Shown in pieces: positions 7,851 through 17,443 of a DNA stretch of 64,000 nt. Location of the stretch: positions 11,447 to 75,446 of the forward strand of contig CAZMZD010000006.1 in the NCBI GenBank assembly GCA_964570895.1, in the 5' to 3' direction. This DNA comes from an uncultured Gammaproteobacteria bacterium (GTDB lineage Bacteria; Cyanobacteriota; Vampirovibrionia; Gastranaerophilales; Gastranaerophilaceae). Positions within the stretch are counted from its first letter, which is position 1. Each line of letters starts with the position of its first letter. The notes below the pieces were generated by a model. The model saw only the letters and a list, made by a program, of their open reading frames with translations, had not been told where the DNA came from and ran no database searches. The position numbers and the translations under genes were made by a program.

Positions 7851-9251
7851 ATGATAAAATTTAACCCTGCGAATGTCACAATTGAAGCAGTTGGCGAAGA
7901 ACATGGTCTTGATTTAGAAAAAGAATTTGACGCGTATGCGCCTAAGATTGCAAAAATTTTGACCGAGTTAAATCAAAGAAAAGATAAACCTGACGCTTGG
8001 CTTCAATGGATGAACTTGGGTTATAACGAAGAAACCGTTTGGTATGTTAAAGAATATGCCGCAATGGTTAGAGGAAGGTTTGACAACATTTTAGTCCTTG
8101 GTATAGGTGGTTCTGCTCTCGGCGGCATTGCAGTTACAGAAGCTCTTTTGAAGCCATATTGGAATTTACTCACACCGGAACAAAGAGATAATCTTCCGAG
8201 AATTTTCTTCTTAGACAACATTGACCCTGATCAAATGAGCGCAATGTTTGATATGCTTGATATGAAGAAAACCTTGGTGAATGTGATTACAAAATCAGGT
8301 TCGACAGCTGAAACTATGTCGCAATTTATGATTATCAAAGACAAAATGCAAGCCATTTTGGGCGATGATTACAGAAAACACATCGTTGCAACAACAGATA
8401 AAGAAGCGGGCATTTTAAGGCAAATTTCAAACGAAGAAGGATATAAAACTTTCGTTGTGCCGGATGACGTTGGCGGAAGATTTAGCGTGTTTTCTGCAGT
8501 TGGGCTTGTTCCTTTTGCGCTTGTTGGAATTGATATTGATGAAATTATTGAAGGCATTAAAGATATCGATTTAGCTCTTAAAAACACTGATATCAGAAAA
8601 AATATTGCCGCTCAAAACGCATTAATTCACTATTTATTAGAACGCAAAAAAGGCAAAAATATTTCCGTTATGATGCCGTATTCAAGCCGCTTAAGATATG
8701 TATCCGATTGGTATGTTCAACTTTGGGCTGAATCACTCGGCAAAGAAGAAGATAAAGACGGCAATAAAGTGAACATCGGGCCGACTCCCGTAAAAGCAGT
8801 TGGCGCAACAGACCAACACTCTCAAATTCAACTTTATAACGAAGGTAAAAACGATAAAATCATCAACTTTATCAGAGTTGAAGAATTTGACAGGGAATTA
8901 GCAATTCCTAAAATCTTTGAATATACAGGCATTGGCTACCTTGGCGGAAAAACAATCAACGAATTAATTAACGCAGAAGCAGACGCAACGGCAGTTGCAC
9001 TTTGCGATTACAACCGCCCAAATTTAACAATCACTCTGCCAAAATTGAATGCGTATTATTTAGCTCAACTTTTATATATGCTTGAAGTTCAAACAGCAAT
9101 TGCGGGCGAACTTTACAACATCAACACATTTAACCAACCGGGGGTTGAGCAAGCAAAAAATTATACATACGCTCTTATGGGAAGAGCTGGCTACGAAGAC
9201 AGCGCGGCAATTTTAAGAGAAAAAATGGGCAAAAGATTAGAAGAAGCATAA
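7851..9251 (+). CDS. pgi: Glucose-6-phosphate isomerase
   Basis: The track ORF starts at 7752. I prefer ATG 7851 (MIKFNPANV...), preceded by gaaggattagag. PGI motifs are present: LGIGGSALG, VITKSGSTAET, VPDDVGGRFSVFSAVGL, ATDQHSQIQLYNEG. Confidence 0.9.
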   Translation: MIKFNPANVTIEAVGEEHGLDLEKEFDAYAPKIAKILTELNQRKDKPDAWLQWMNLGYNEETVWYVKEYAAMVRGRFDNILVLGIGGSALGGIAVTEALLKPYWNLLTPEQRDNLPRIFFLDNIDPDQMSAMFDMLDMKKTLVNVITKSGSTAETMSQFMIIKDKMQAILGDDYRKHIVATTDKEAGILRQISNEEGYKTFVVPDDVGGRFSVFSAVGLVPFALVGIDIDEIIEGIKDIDLALKNTDIRKNIAAQNALIHYLLERKKGKNISVMMPYSSRLRYVSDWYVQLWAESLGKEEDKDGNKVNIGPTPVKAVGATDQHSQIQLYNEGKNDKIINFIRVEEFDRELAIPKIFEYTGIGYLGGKTINELINAEADATAVALCDYNRPNLTITLPKLNAYYLAQLLYMLEVQTAIAGELYNINTFNQPGVEQAKNYTYALMGRAGYEDSAAILREKMGKRLEEA

Positions 9252-9276
9252 AACAACAAAAAAGGGGAGAGAGAAT

Positions 9277-11118
9277 ATGTGCGGAATTGTAGGTTATGTA
9301 GGCAAGCGCAAAGCTAGTGAAGTCATCACAAACGGCTTAGAACACCTTGAATACAGAGGCTATGACTCCTCAGGAATTGCTCTTTTTCAACATGACAAAA
9401 TTGAAGTTTTCAAAGCAAGCGGAAAATTAAAAAATTTAAAAGAAATATTATCCAAAGAAGGGGATGGCACGCTAAACGCAAACCTTGGCATTGGGCACAT
9501 TCGCTGGGCAACTCACGGGCTTCCAACCACAGTGAACGCACACCCGCATGTTTGCAATTGCGGAAGTTTAGCCCTTGTGCATAACGGCATAATCGAAAAT
9601 TATACAGAGCTTAAAGAGGAGCTTGTAAAAAAAGGTGCGCATTTTGTTTCTCAAACAGATACAGAAGTTGCAGCGCATTTAATTGCTTATGAATATGCTG
9701 AAACAAACAATCTTCTAGAAGCTGTAACTAGGGCAATCCGCAAAATTGAAGGAGCTTTTGCGTTTTGTGTAATTCATAAAAAATGCCCTGACAGAATAAT
9801 TACTGCGAGAAAAAATGCGCCTCTTATAATTGGCGTTGGCGAAGGCGAAAACTTCATCGCAAGCGATATTCCGGCAATTATTGACTACACTAAAAAAGCA
9901 ACTTATTTAAACGATGGGCAAGTTGCACTTGTCACTAAAGACAAAATCGAAATTCACGACACAGATGGCAAGGCAATTCAAAATAAAATCGAATATTTGC
10001 CGTTTGAGCCTATTGCGCTTAGCAAAATGGGCTATAAGCACTTTATGCTCAAAGAAATTCATGAGCAGCCAGATGTTGTTAGAAATGTTTTGAACCAAAA
10101 ACTCGTAGGCAAAAACGAAAAAATTAATTTAGCGGGCATTAACCTTGACGCAGAAACAATCAAGAAATTCAACAGGGTTCAAATTATTGCCTGCGGAACA
10201 AGCTTGCACGCTGGGCTTGTCGGAAAATATGTTATTGAAGATTTAGTTGGTATTCCGGTTGACGTTGAAGCTTCGAGCGAATACATATACAGAAAAACAA
10301 TAGCGGACGAAAACACACTCGTTATAGGTATTTCCCAAAGCGGCGAAACGGCAGACACAATAACCGCGATTAAGCAAGTTATGAAACTTGGCGCACATGT
10401 TTTAATCATCACAAACAGAACAGATAGCTGCATGGCACGCCTTGCAGACAGTTTGTTTGGAGTGGAAGCAGGTATGGAAGTATCTGTTGCAGCAACAAAA
10501 TCATACACAGCGCAGCTTTTGGCGCTTTATCTTCTTGCACTGTATTTAGCAGAAGAAAAAGGCGAAAACCTTGAAGAAGTTGCCAAAATTAAAGAAGAGC
10601 TCACTCTTTTACCATCAAAAATGGAAAAAGTTTTAAACGACACAACTCACATTGCAAACATCGCGAAAAAATATTCAAGTTATAAAAATTTCATATTTAT
10701 TTCTCGCGGCGTTAATTACTCTTCCGCTCTTGAAGGTGCACTCAAGTTGAAAGAAATAAGCTACATTAATGCAACAGGTTATTCTGCGGGCGAACTTAAA
10801 CACGGGCCTATCGCAATGTTAGATGAAAGTATGCCGGTGCTTGCAATTCTAAACAAAGGAATTGTGTATGACAAAGTATTATCAAATTGCCAAGAGTCAA
10901 AAGCAAGGCAAGCAAAGCTTATTGCGGTCACAAATGTGCTTGACGACAAAAACAATGAATTGTTTGATGATTTAATTGAAATTCCTGAAATTTCAGATAT
11001 ATTATCGCCAGCGCTTAACATTATCGTGCTTCAGCTTTTGGCATATTATATTGCGGAATATTTAGGAAAAGACGTAGACCAACCAAGAAACCTTGCAAAG
11101 AGCGTTACTGTTGAATAG
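9277..11118 (+). CDS. glmS: Glutamine--fructose-6-phosphate aminotransferase
   Basis: 613 aa with an MCGIVGY N-terminal nucleophile, two SIS domains (GTSLHAG, SQSGETADT) and the C-terminal NLAKSVTVE. Confidence 0.95.
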   Translation: MCGIVGYVGKRKASEVITNGLEHLEYRGYDSSGIALFQHDKIEVFKASGKLKNLKEILSKEGDGTLNANLGIGHIRWATHGLPTTVNAHPHVCNCGSLALVHNGIIENYTELKEELVKKGAHFVSQTDTEVAAHLIAYEYAETNNLLEAVTRAIRKIEGAFAFCVIHKKCPDRIITARKNAPLIIGVGEGENFIASDIPAIIDYTKKATYLNDGQVALVTKDKIEIHDTDGKAIQNKIEYLPFEPIALSKMGYKHFMLKEIHEQPDVVRNVLNQKLVGKNEKINLAGINLDAETIKKFNRVQIIACGTSLHAGLVGKYVIEDLVGIPVDVEASSEYIYRKTIADENTLVIGISQSGETADTITAIKQVMKLGAHVLIITNRTDSCMARLADSLFGVEAGMEVSVAATKSYTAQLLALYLLALYLAEEKGENLEEVAKIKEELTLLPSKMEKVLNDTTHIANIAKKYSSYKNFIFISRGVNYSSALEGALKLKEISYINATGYSAGELKHGPIAMLDESMPVLAILNKGIVYDKVLSNCQESKARQAKLIAVTNVLDDKNNELFDDLIEIPEISDILSPALNIIVLQLLAYYIAEYLGKDVDQPRNLAKSVTVE

Positions 11119-11195
11119 CCCGAATAGCACATCGCGTGTGCAATGGAAATAATTTAATTTCAAACTAAACTTCTTTTTGAAAAAAGGAGCTTTAT

Positions 11196-11765
11196 ATGAA
11201 ATTAGAAAACACGGAAACAGAAAAAAATTTAATGCGCGCGCTTACAGGCGAATGCCTTGCCACAAATAAATATTATTATTTTGCAAAACAAGCAAAAAAA
11301 GAAGGTTTCGAACAAATTTCAAATATTTTCTTAGAAACATCCGGAAACGAAAGAGAGCACGCAAAGCTTTTTTACAGATTTTTAGCAGACACAACTCTTG
11401 AGGTTTCTTATAATTACGCCGTGACTTTTGGCACAACAAAAGAAAATTTATTAAGCGCAAAAGAAGGCGAGCACGAAGAAAACACTTTGCTTTACCCAAA
11501 ATTTGAAGAAGTGGCGCGAGATGAAGGTTTTATTGAAATTGCAGACACTTTTAAAAATGTAATTACCGTGGAAAAACACCATGAAGCAAGATATAAAAGG
11601 CTTTGGGAAAATATGCTAAATGATGAAACATTTAAAAAAAGCTACGAAGTCACTTGGAAATGCCTCAAATGCGGTTTTGTGTTAAAAGACACTACAGCGC
11701 CTGAAATTTGCCCATCCTGCAAACACCCGAAAGCATATTTTGAGATGAACTGCGAAAACTATTAA
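11196..11765 (+). CDS. rbr: Rubrerythrin
   Basis: 189 aa. A ferritin-like diiron domain (E...EREH, E..H pairs) is followed by a C-terminal rubredoxin-like CLKCG...CPSC. Confidence 0.9.
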   Translation: MKLENTETEKNLMRALTGECLATNKYYYFAKQAKKEGFEQISNIFLETSGNEREHAKLFYRFLADTTLEVSYNYAVTFGTTKENLLSAKEGEHEENTLLYPKFEEVARDEGFIEIADTFKNVITVEKHHEARYKRLWENMLNDETFKKSYEVTWKCLKCGFVLKDTTAPEICPSCKHPKAYFEMNCENY

Positions 11766-11774
11766 TCAGCTAAA

Positions 11775-11806
11775 CTTCGCGGCTTGCCGCGGAGAACGTT
11801 TATTTT
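11775..11806 (+). terminator. Hairpin terminator between convergent rbr and map
   Basis: 8-bp stem cttcgcgg / ccgcggag (one G-U), tetraloop cttg, followed downstream by tttattttt. Confidence 0.55.
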
Positions 11807-11815
11807 TAGGCGAAA

Positions 11816-12562
11816 TTATAACTTAGTTAAAATTTCGTAACCGTCATCTGTCACAACAACAGTGTGCTCAAAATGCGCTGAAGGCAGTGCGTCGCGGGTT
11901 ACGACTGTCCATTCATCGTCTAAAACATAGACATCATCGCCACCTAAATTCACCATTGGTTCAACTGCAATTGTCATACCTGTTTTTAATATAACATTTG
12001 AGCCGGACCTGTAATTAAAAATAAATGGGTCTTCATGCATGCTGCGCCCAACGCCGTGCCCGCCATATTGGCGCACAATACCCATATTGTTCGCGTTTAC
12101 GACATCTTCAATTGCACCGGACATATCATCAAGCTTCACACCGTTTTTAATTGTGTTTAATCCTGCAAAAAGCGAAGCCTCACACACTTCAAGAAGTTTT
12201 TGAACTTCCGGTTTAATCTCGCCAACAGGATATGTCCAAGCACTGTCGCCAACAAGCCCATGATGCGTTGCGCCAACATCGATTGATATTACATCGCCTT
12301 CTTTTAAAATGACATCTTTTGATGGAATACCGTGAACAACTTGCTCGTTAATTGAAGTGCAAATTGTGGCAGGAAAACCATTATATCCAAGAAAAGTTGG
12401 GATTGCGCGGTTATCTCTAATAATATCGTGCGCAATTTTATCAAGTTCATAAGTTGAAATTCCGGGGCGAACAACGCGTTTCATTTCGTCGTGCACAAGC
12501 GCAACAATGTGCCCTGCGGATTTCATAAGTTTAATTTCTTCTCTTGATTTTTTCTTAATCAA
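11816..12562 (-). CDS. map: Type I methionine aminopeptidase
   Basis: 248 aa. Metal-ligand context matches MetAP: DVISIDVG, GHGVG, MTIAVEPM, HFEHTVVVT. Confidence 0.95.
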   Translation of the reverse strand: MIKKKSREEIKLMKSAGHIVALVHDEMKRVVRPGISTYELDKIAHDIIRDNRAIPTFLGYNGFPATICTSINEQVVHGIPSKDVILKEGDVISIDVGATHHGLVGDSAWTYPVGEIKPEVQKLLEVCEASLFAGLNTIKNGVKLDDMSGAIEDVVNANNMGIVRQYGGHGVGRSMHEDPFIFNYRSGSNVILKTGMTIAVEPMVNLGGDDVYVLDDEWTVVTRDALPSAHFEHTVVVTDDGYEILTKL

Positions 12563-13209
12563 CCTACAATCTCCTTTATTTCATTCCAAACATCTTGAAT
12601 TGATTGGTCTGCATTAATTGTGTGCAAAATGCCTTTTTCTCTGAAATAATCCAAAATAGGCTTTGTTTGCTCTTCGTATGTTTTAAATCTTAATTTCGCG
12701 GTTTCTTCGTTATCATCCGTTCTTTGAATTAAATCTGCGCCATCTATATCGCATTTACCTTCGACTTTAGGCTTATTCGACACAATATTATATATTTTGC
12801 CACAAACAGGGCAAGAGCGCCTATTTACAAGCCTTTCGACAAGCGTATGATTTTCAATATCAAAATAAAATGCAACATTTTGAACATCAAGCCCAATTTC
12901 TTCTTGGATACGTTCTAAAATTTTAGTTTGCTCCATACTCCTTGGAAAACCGTCTAGAATGTAGCCATTTTGGGCGTCCGGTTCTAAAAGCCTATTTTTA
13001 ATTACTCTACCAACAAGCTCAACAGGAACAAGCTGCCCTTTATCTATAAAACCTTTTGCAATAATTCCATCCGGCGTTCCCGCTTTAATATTTGCCCTTA
13101 AAAGAGAGCCTGTGTCGATATGCGGAAGCTTAAGAAAATCAGCAAGATGAGCCGTTTGAGTACCTTTCCCACAGCCTGGGGGCCCCATAAAAATATAAGC
13201 TTTTTTCAT
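12559..13209 (-). CDS. adk: Adenylate kinase (zinc-lid type)
   Basis: 216 aa with P-loop GPPGCGKGTQ and lid CPVCGKIY...GKCDIDG. It overlaps map by 4 nt. Confidence 0.95.
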   Translation of the reverse strand: MKKAYIFMGPPGCGKGTQTAHLADFLKLPHIDTGSLLRANIKAGTPDGIIAKGFIDKGQLVPVELVGRVIKNRLLEPDAQNGYILDGFPRSMEQTKILERIQEEIGLDVQNVAFYFDIENHTLVERLVNRRSCPVCGKIYNIVSNKPKVEGKCDIDGADLIQRTDDNEETAKLRFKTYEEQTKPILDYFREKGILHTINADQSIQDVWNEIKEIVG

Positions 13210-13222
13210 ATTCTACCTCTTG

Positions 13223-14575
13223 TTATTGTTGTTGCTTCAAGAAACTTTCATAATTCTTCGCAAGAAGATGTGTTTTGATTTGATTTATGAAATCAAGAGC
13301 AACACCAACCATGATGATTATACTTGTTGAACCAATACCTTGGAAAGTGGTGATATTTGTGATACCTGATGCAATCGACGGAACCATTGCAACTATACCC
13401 AAACCAAGCGCGCCGATGAAAGTTGTTCTTGTCAAAATTTCGTCAAGCTTATCGGCAGTTGGCTTTCCGGGTTTAATCCCAGGAATAGCAGAACCATATT
13501 TTTTAAGGTTGTTAGCAATTTCTTTAGGTTGCATAGATGGTATGATTGAAGCATAGAAAAATGTGAGAGCCACAATCAATGAGAAATAAATCACATAATA
13601 CCAAGGGCTGGACGGGCTTAAGAATGAGTTAATTGCCGTCAAAGATTTTTGCAAGGCAGGAGAAGCAATATTCATTTGTTGAATAAAGCTCAAGATTGTT
13701 GTTGGGAAAAGAAGTATCGCAATTGCAAAAATGATTGGCATAACCCCGCCAGGGTTTAATTTAAATGGAATATTAGTGTTTTGACCGCCATAAACTTTGT
13801 TGCCAATTTGTTTTCTGGCGCTCACAATCGGAACTTTACGCACAGCGTCTTGCATAACAACAACAAGCACAACTGTCGCTGCAAAAATCAACAGCAATAC
13901 TAAAAACGCAAGTTGCATTTTAGCGTTCGCCGAAACCAAAGTCCAAGTGTTTTTCATATAAAGCGGAATTCCCGCAAGAATACCAATAAAAATTATCAAT
14001 GAACCGCCATTGCCCACGCCTTTTTCCGTGAGCAATTCAGCAAGCCACATAACAAAAACCGAACCGGCGGTGAGCGCCACAATTGAGCCAAAGTAGAACA
14101 AAGGCAAGCTAATCCCCGGCATAATAGAGCCAGGGAGCTTTGATAAAATTGTCGCGAATACAAATGCTTGGAAAAGCGCAAGAACAACTGTAAATTGCCT
14201 TGTGATTTGCTGAATTTTACGTCTTCCTGCTTCGCCTTCTTCTTTTTGTAATTTTTCCAAATACGGAATAATTACGGTTAAAAGCTGGATTATGATTGAA
14301 GATGTGATATATGGCCCGATTCCGAGGGCAAAAATTGAAACCTTACCGAGCGCACCGCCTGAAAACATATCCAAAAAACCAATTAGGTTATTGCTTCCTG
14401 CGATGTTTTGGAACACTTGGTTATCTACACCAAATATCGGTAGTTGTGCCCCAAATCTAAAGAGCATAATTATCGCAAAAGTAAAGATTAATTTTTTGCC
14501 AAGACCACTAGACGTCCAAGCACCCGCAAGCTGATTCATAATCGCTTGCTGATTTTGATTCATTGATTGTTGCAT
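13223..14575 (-). CDS. secY: Preprotein translocase subunit SecY
   Basis: 450 aa, multi-pass membrane protein in the canonical position after rplO. SecY-like segments include GIGPYITSSIIIQLL and GGSLIIF. Confidence 0.95.
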   Translation of the reverse strand: MQQSMNQNQQAIMNQLAGAWTSSGLGKKLIFTFAIIMLFRFGAQLPIFGVDNQVFQNIAGSNNLIGFLDMFSGGALGKVSIFALGIGPYITSSIIIQLLTVIIPYLEKLQKEEGEAGRRKIQQITRQFTVVLALFQAFVFATILSKLPGSIMPGISLPLFYFGSIVALTAGSVFVMWLAELLTEKGVGNGGSLIIFIGILAGIPLYMKNTWTLVSANAKMQLAFLVLLLIFAATVVLVVVMQDAVRKVPIVSARKQIGNKVYGGQNTNIPFKLNPGGVMPIIFAIAILLFPTTILSFIQQMNIASPALQKSLTAINSFLSPSSPWYYVIYFSLIVALTFFYASIIPSMQPKEIANNLKKYGSAIPGIKPGKPTADKLDEILTRTTFIGALGLGIVAMVPSIASGITNITTFQGIGSTSIIIMVGVALDFINQIKTHLLAKNYESFLKQQQ

Positions 14576-14581
14576 TTAAAA

Positions 14582-15025
14582 TTATCCTATAATAACTTCG
14601 CCGCCTGCTGCTTCAATTTTTTCTTTTGCAGAAGCTGTAACATAATAAGCGCTAACTTTAACAGCTTTTTTAATTTCGCCGTTGCCGAGAACTCTTAATC
14701 TTTCAGCCATTCTGTCAACTAAGTTATTTTCTTTTAAATATTTAAGGTCAACTTCTTTAACGCCTAATTTTGCAAGAGTTGAAACATTAATTTCAGCACA
14801 TGGAATTGCAAAATAGTTTGTGAAGCCTTTTAATTTTGGGGCTTGTCTGTATGATGGCATTTGACCACCTTCAAAACCTCTTTTATTTGTGTTACCTGAA
14901 CGTTGTCCTTCACCGTTGTTGCCGCGGCAAGATGTTTTACCATGACCTGATGAACGGCCTCTGCCAACACGTTTTGATTTTTTAACAGAACCTTCTGCAG
15001 GTTTTAAATCTTCTAAAGTTATCAT
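14582..15025 (-). CDS. rplO: 50S ribosomal protein L15
   Basis: 147 aa with LEDLKPAEGS..KRVGRGRSSGHGKTS and canonical synteny. Confidence 0.95.
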   Translation of the reverse strand: MITLEDLKPAEGSVKKSKRVGRGRSSGHGKTSCRGNNGEGQRSGNTNKRGFEGGQMPSYRQAPKLKGFTNYFAIPCAEINVSTLAKLGVKEVDLKYLKENNLVDRMAERLRVLGNGEIKKAVKVSAYYVTASAKEKIEAAGGEVIIG

Positions 15026-15044
15026 TTTTCTTTTGTCCTTTTAA

Positions 15045-15233
15045 TTATTTAACTACTTCAACTAAGTGTGGAACTTTGTTTACCATGCCCATGATTGTAG
15101 CTGATGGCAAGTGTTCAACAACTTGATTTGTTTTTTTCAAGCCCAATGCTCTAACAACCTTGATTTGATCTTTGCTTGAGCCAATTGTACTTTTAACAAG
15201 TTTTATTTTTATTTTTTCTTCTTTTTTAGCCAT
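15045..15233 (-). CDS. rpmD: 50S ribosomal protein L30
   Basis: 62 aa with IKLVKSTIGS...VVRALGLKK, located between rpsE and rplO. Confidence 0.9.
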   Translation of the reverse strand: MAKKEEKIKIKLVKSTIGSSKDQIKVVRALGLKKTNQVVEHLPSATIMGMVNKVPHLVEVVK

Positions 15234-15250
15234 TTTATTTTACCTATTCC

Positions 15251-15892
15251 TTATTTTGTAAGCATTTTTGTAAGTGAAATACCACGAGATTTTGCAACAT
15301 CGTTGAAGCTTCTTAATTCTTTAAGAGCGTTCAATGTAGCGTTTGCAGCGTTAAGAGGTGATTTAGAACCTAATGATTTAGCCAAGATATTTTCAATACC
15401 TGCAAGTTCTAATACTGCACGAACTGCGCCACCTGCGATAACACCGGTACCTGCTGAAGCCGGTCTTAAGATAACGCTTCCTGCACCTGAAGTGCCTGTG
15501 ATTGTGTGAGGAATTGTTGTTCTGAAAATTGGAACATTAACAAGATTTTTTCTTGCATCAGCAACAGCTTTTTGGATTGCAATAATAACTTCAGCAGCTT
15601 TTGCAACGCCCATACCAACTGCGCCTTTTTTGTTACCAACAATAACAATTGCTCTGAAAGAAAGTTTTTTACCACCTTTTACAACTTTTGTAACACGGCG
15701 GATTTGAACAACTTGTTCTTTCCATTCTGATTCAACCGGTTCAACGGTTTCAATTTTTCTTTTTCTTTGTCCTCTTTCGCGTTTAGAACCTTTGAGAACA
15801 GTCACTTTTTCTTCTTCTGAAGCTTCTTGAACTTCAACAACTTCTTGAGCAGTTTCAGTTTCTTGAACTTCAATGTTTTCTTTTTCTTCCAC
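15251..15892 (-). CDS. rpsE: 30S ribosomal protein S5 with acidic N-terminal extension
   Basis: 213 aa with a GTG start. The S5 core is present ([46 protein letters not shown]). It is preceded by ~45 E/V-rich residues. Confidence 0.95.
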   Translation of the reverse strand: MEEKENIEVQETETAQEVVEVQEASEEEKVTVLKGSKRERGQRKRKIETVEPVESEWKEQVVQIRRVTKVVKGGKKLSFRAIVIVGNKKGAVGMGVAKAAEVIIAIQKAVADARKNLVNVPIFRTTIPHTITGTSGAGSVILRPASAGTGVIAGGAVRAVLELAGIENILAKSLGSKSPLNAANATLNALKELRSFNDVAKSRGISLTKMLTK

Positions 15893-15914
15893 GTTTATAC
15901 CTTTCTGTTAGTGA

Positions 15915-15920
15915 TTATAT
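15915..15920 (-). promoter_or_regulatory. Candidate -10 (TATAAT) of a dedicated rpsE promoter
   Basis: The minus strand reads ..ttcattttaaaggataaaaatagaTATAATcactaacagaaaggtataaacGTG. It lies just downstream of a hairpin (ttgctttt/aaaagcaa, 15953-15972) that follows the malic enzyme gene. Confidence 0.45.
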
Positions 15921-15973
15921 CTATTTTTATCCTTTAAAATGAAACACAAAATTCTTGCTTTTTGAAAAGCAAA

Positions 15974-17443
15974 TTAATATGTGTGGGTGTTTGGATTTCT
16001 GACATATTCAATAATACATGCTGAAATATTTTTTGCAACATCTTTATCTAGCGCCTCAGGGATAATGTATTCCGCGCTCAAATCTATGTCTTTAACCATA
16101 GAAGCAACGGAAATTGAAGCTAAAATTTTAATGTCATCGGTGATTTTTTGAAGCCCTGAATCTATAACCCCTCTAAAAAGCCCTGGGAAAACAAGCGAAT
16201 TATTTATCTGATTTGGAAAATCGCTTCTTCCTGTGGCAACAATTTTGGCTCCTGATGTTAGTGCAACATTTGGCATAATTTCAGGAGTCGGGTTTGCAAG
16301 AGCAAAAATAACAGGGTTTTCGGCCATATTGGGCACCCATTCAGGTTTTAAAATTCCGCCTTTCGAAACGCCAATAAAAATATCAGCGCCCATAAGTGCC
16401 TCTTCCATTGAGCAAATTTTATTATCTAAATTTGTCTTTTTGGCAAGTTGCTCAAGGTAAGGGTCGTTTTGTTTTCGCCCAACATAGACTATCCCGTTTA
16501 TATCAAACATGATGATATTGCGCGCGCCAAGCCTTAAAAGTTGCTTGCATATAGCGCAACCCGCAGCCCCTGCGCCTGACATTATGATTTTTACATTTTC
16601 CAACTGCTTTTTAAGTAATTTTAGGGCATTTAAAATGCCTGCTGAAACAATGATTGCCGTTCCGTGTTGGTCATCATGAAAAACGGGAATGCAAAGCTTT
16701 TCAATCATTTTTTCTTCAATTTCAAAACACCTTGGGGCGGAAATATCTTCTAAATTAATCCCCGCAAAAGAATTTTCAAGAAGATATGCAATTTTCACTA
16801 TTTCATCAGGATTTTGCGTTCTGACACAAAGTGGCATAGCGTCAACATTTGCAAGCGATTTAAAAAGCGCCGCTTTTCCTTCCATAACAGGAAGTCCTGC
16901 TTCTGCGCCGATGTTACCTAACCCCAAAACCGCAGAGCCATCAGACAAAACGGCAACCGGCTTTCTTATTTTATCTTCGTTTTGGATATAAATCTTAGTT
17001 TCAATAACGCCGCCAAAAACCTCGCGAAGCCTTACTGCTTCAAGCTCTTCAGGGTTTTTAATAAAACAATTTTTTGATTGAGTAGGGATATCGCATGGCG
17101 CGCTATATTCGCCACCATCAATCAAAACTCTATCCACCCCCATAAAATTTGGCATAATGTTTTCGATAACAAATTCGAGTTCATCATCTGTGCACATTTT
17201 AATTTCAAGCGGATAAGCGTCAAGCGAATATTCTCTTTTTAAATGTATTGCACGGCGAAGAGAAGTTTTATAGTCGTAAGACAGCACTGCAATTGAATTT
17301 GAACGATTTGTAAGATCAAAAACCCTATCAATATTATCCTTAATTTCAAGAGAACTTTTTGCAACGGAGGGTGTATATATAAGCGCCAAAACTTCTTTTG
17401 AATTTATTTCAACTTTTGGGATAATTTCAATATTTTCAAGCAT
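15974..17443 (-). CDS. NAD(P)-dependent malic enzyme with a ~110-aa N-terminal insertion
   Basis: 489 aa with malic-enzyme motifs IYTPSVA (AYTPGVA), DGSAVLGLGNIG, GLPVMEGKAALFK, PVFHDDQHGTAI, GAGAAG, FALANPTPEI, GRSDFPNQINN. See the finding on the insertion. Confidence 0.85.
   Translation of the reverse strand: MLENIEIIPKVEINSKEVLALIYTPSVAKSSLEIKDNIDRVFDLTNRSNSIAVLSYDYKTSLRRAIHLKREYSLDAYPLEIKMCTDDELEFVIENIMPNFMGVDRVLIDGGEYSAPCDIPTQSKNCFIKNPEELEAVRLREVFGGVIETKIYIQNEDKIRKPVAVLSDGSAVLGLGNIGAEAGLPVMEGKAALFKSLANVDAMPLCVRTQNPDEIVKIAYLLENSFAGINLEDISAPRCFEIEEKMIEKLCIPVFHDDQHGTAIIVSAGILNALKLLKKQLENVKIIMSGAGAAGCAICKQLLRLGARNIIMFDINGIVYVGRKQNDPYLEQLAKKTNLDNKICSMEEALMGADIFIGVSKGGILKPEWVPNMAENPVIFALANPTPEIMPNVALTSGAKIVATGRSDFPNQINNSLVFPGLFRGVIDSGLQKITDDIKILASISVASMVKDIDLSAEYIIPEALDKDVAKNISACIIEYVRNPNTHTY

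Noticed and set aside
9252-9276. glmS ribozyme upstream of glmS, SAM riboswitch upstream of metX (35032-35184), and T-box upstream of proS or hisS.
   Set aside because: The gaps are too short (25 nt before glmS, 77 nt before proS, 0 nt before hisS). The metX upstream region is AT-rich with no conserved riboswitch cores visible.
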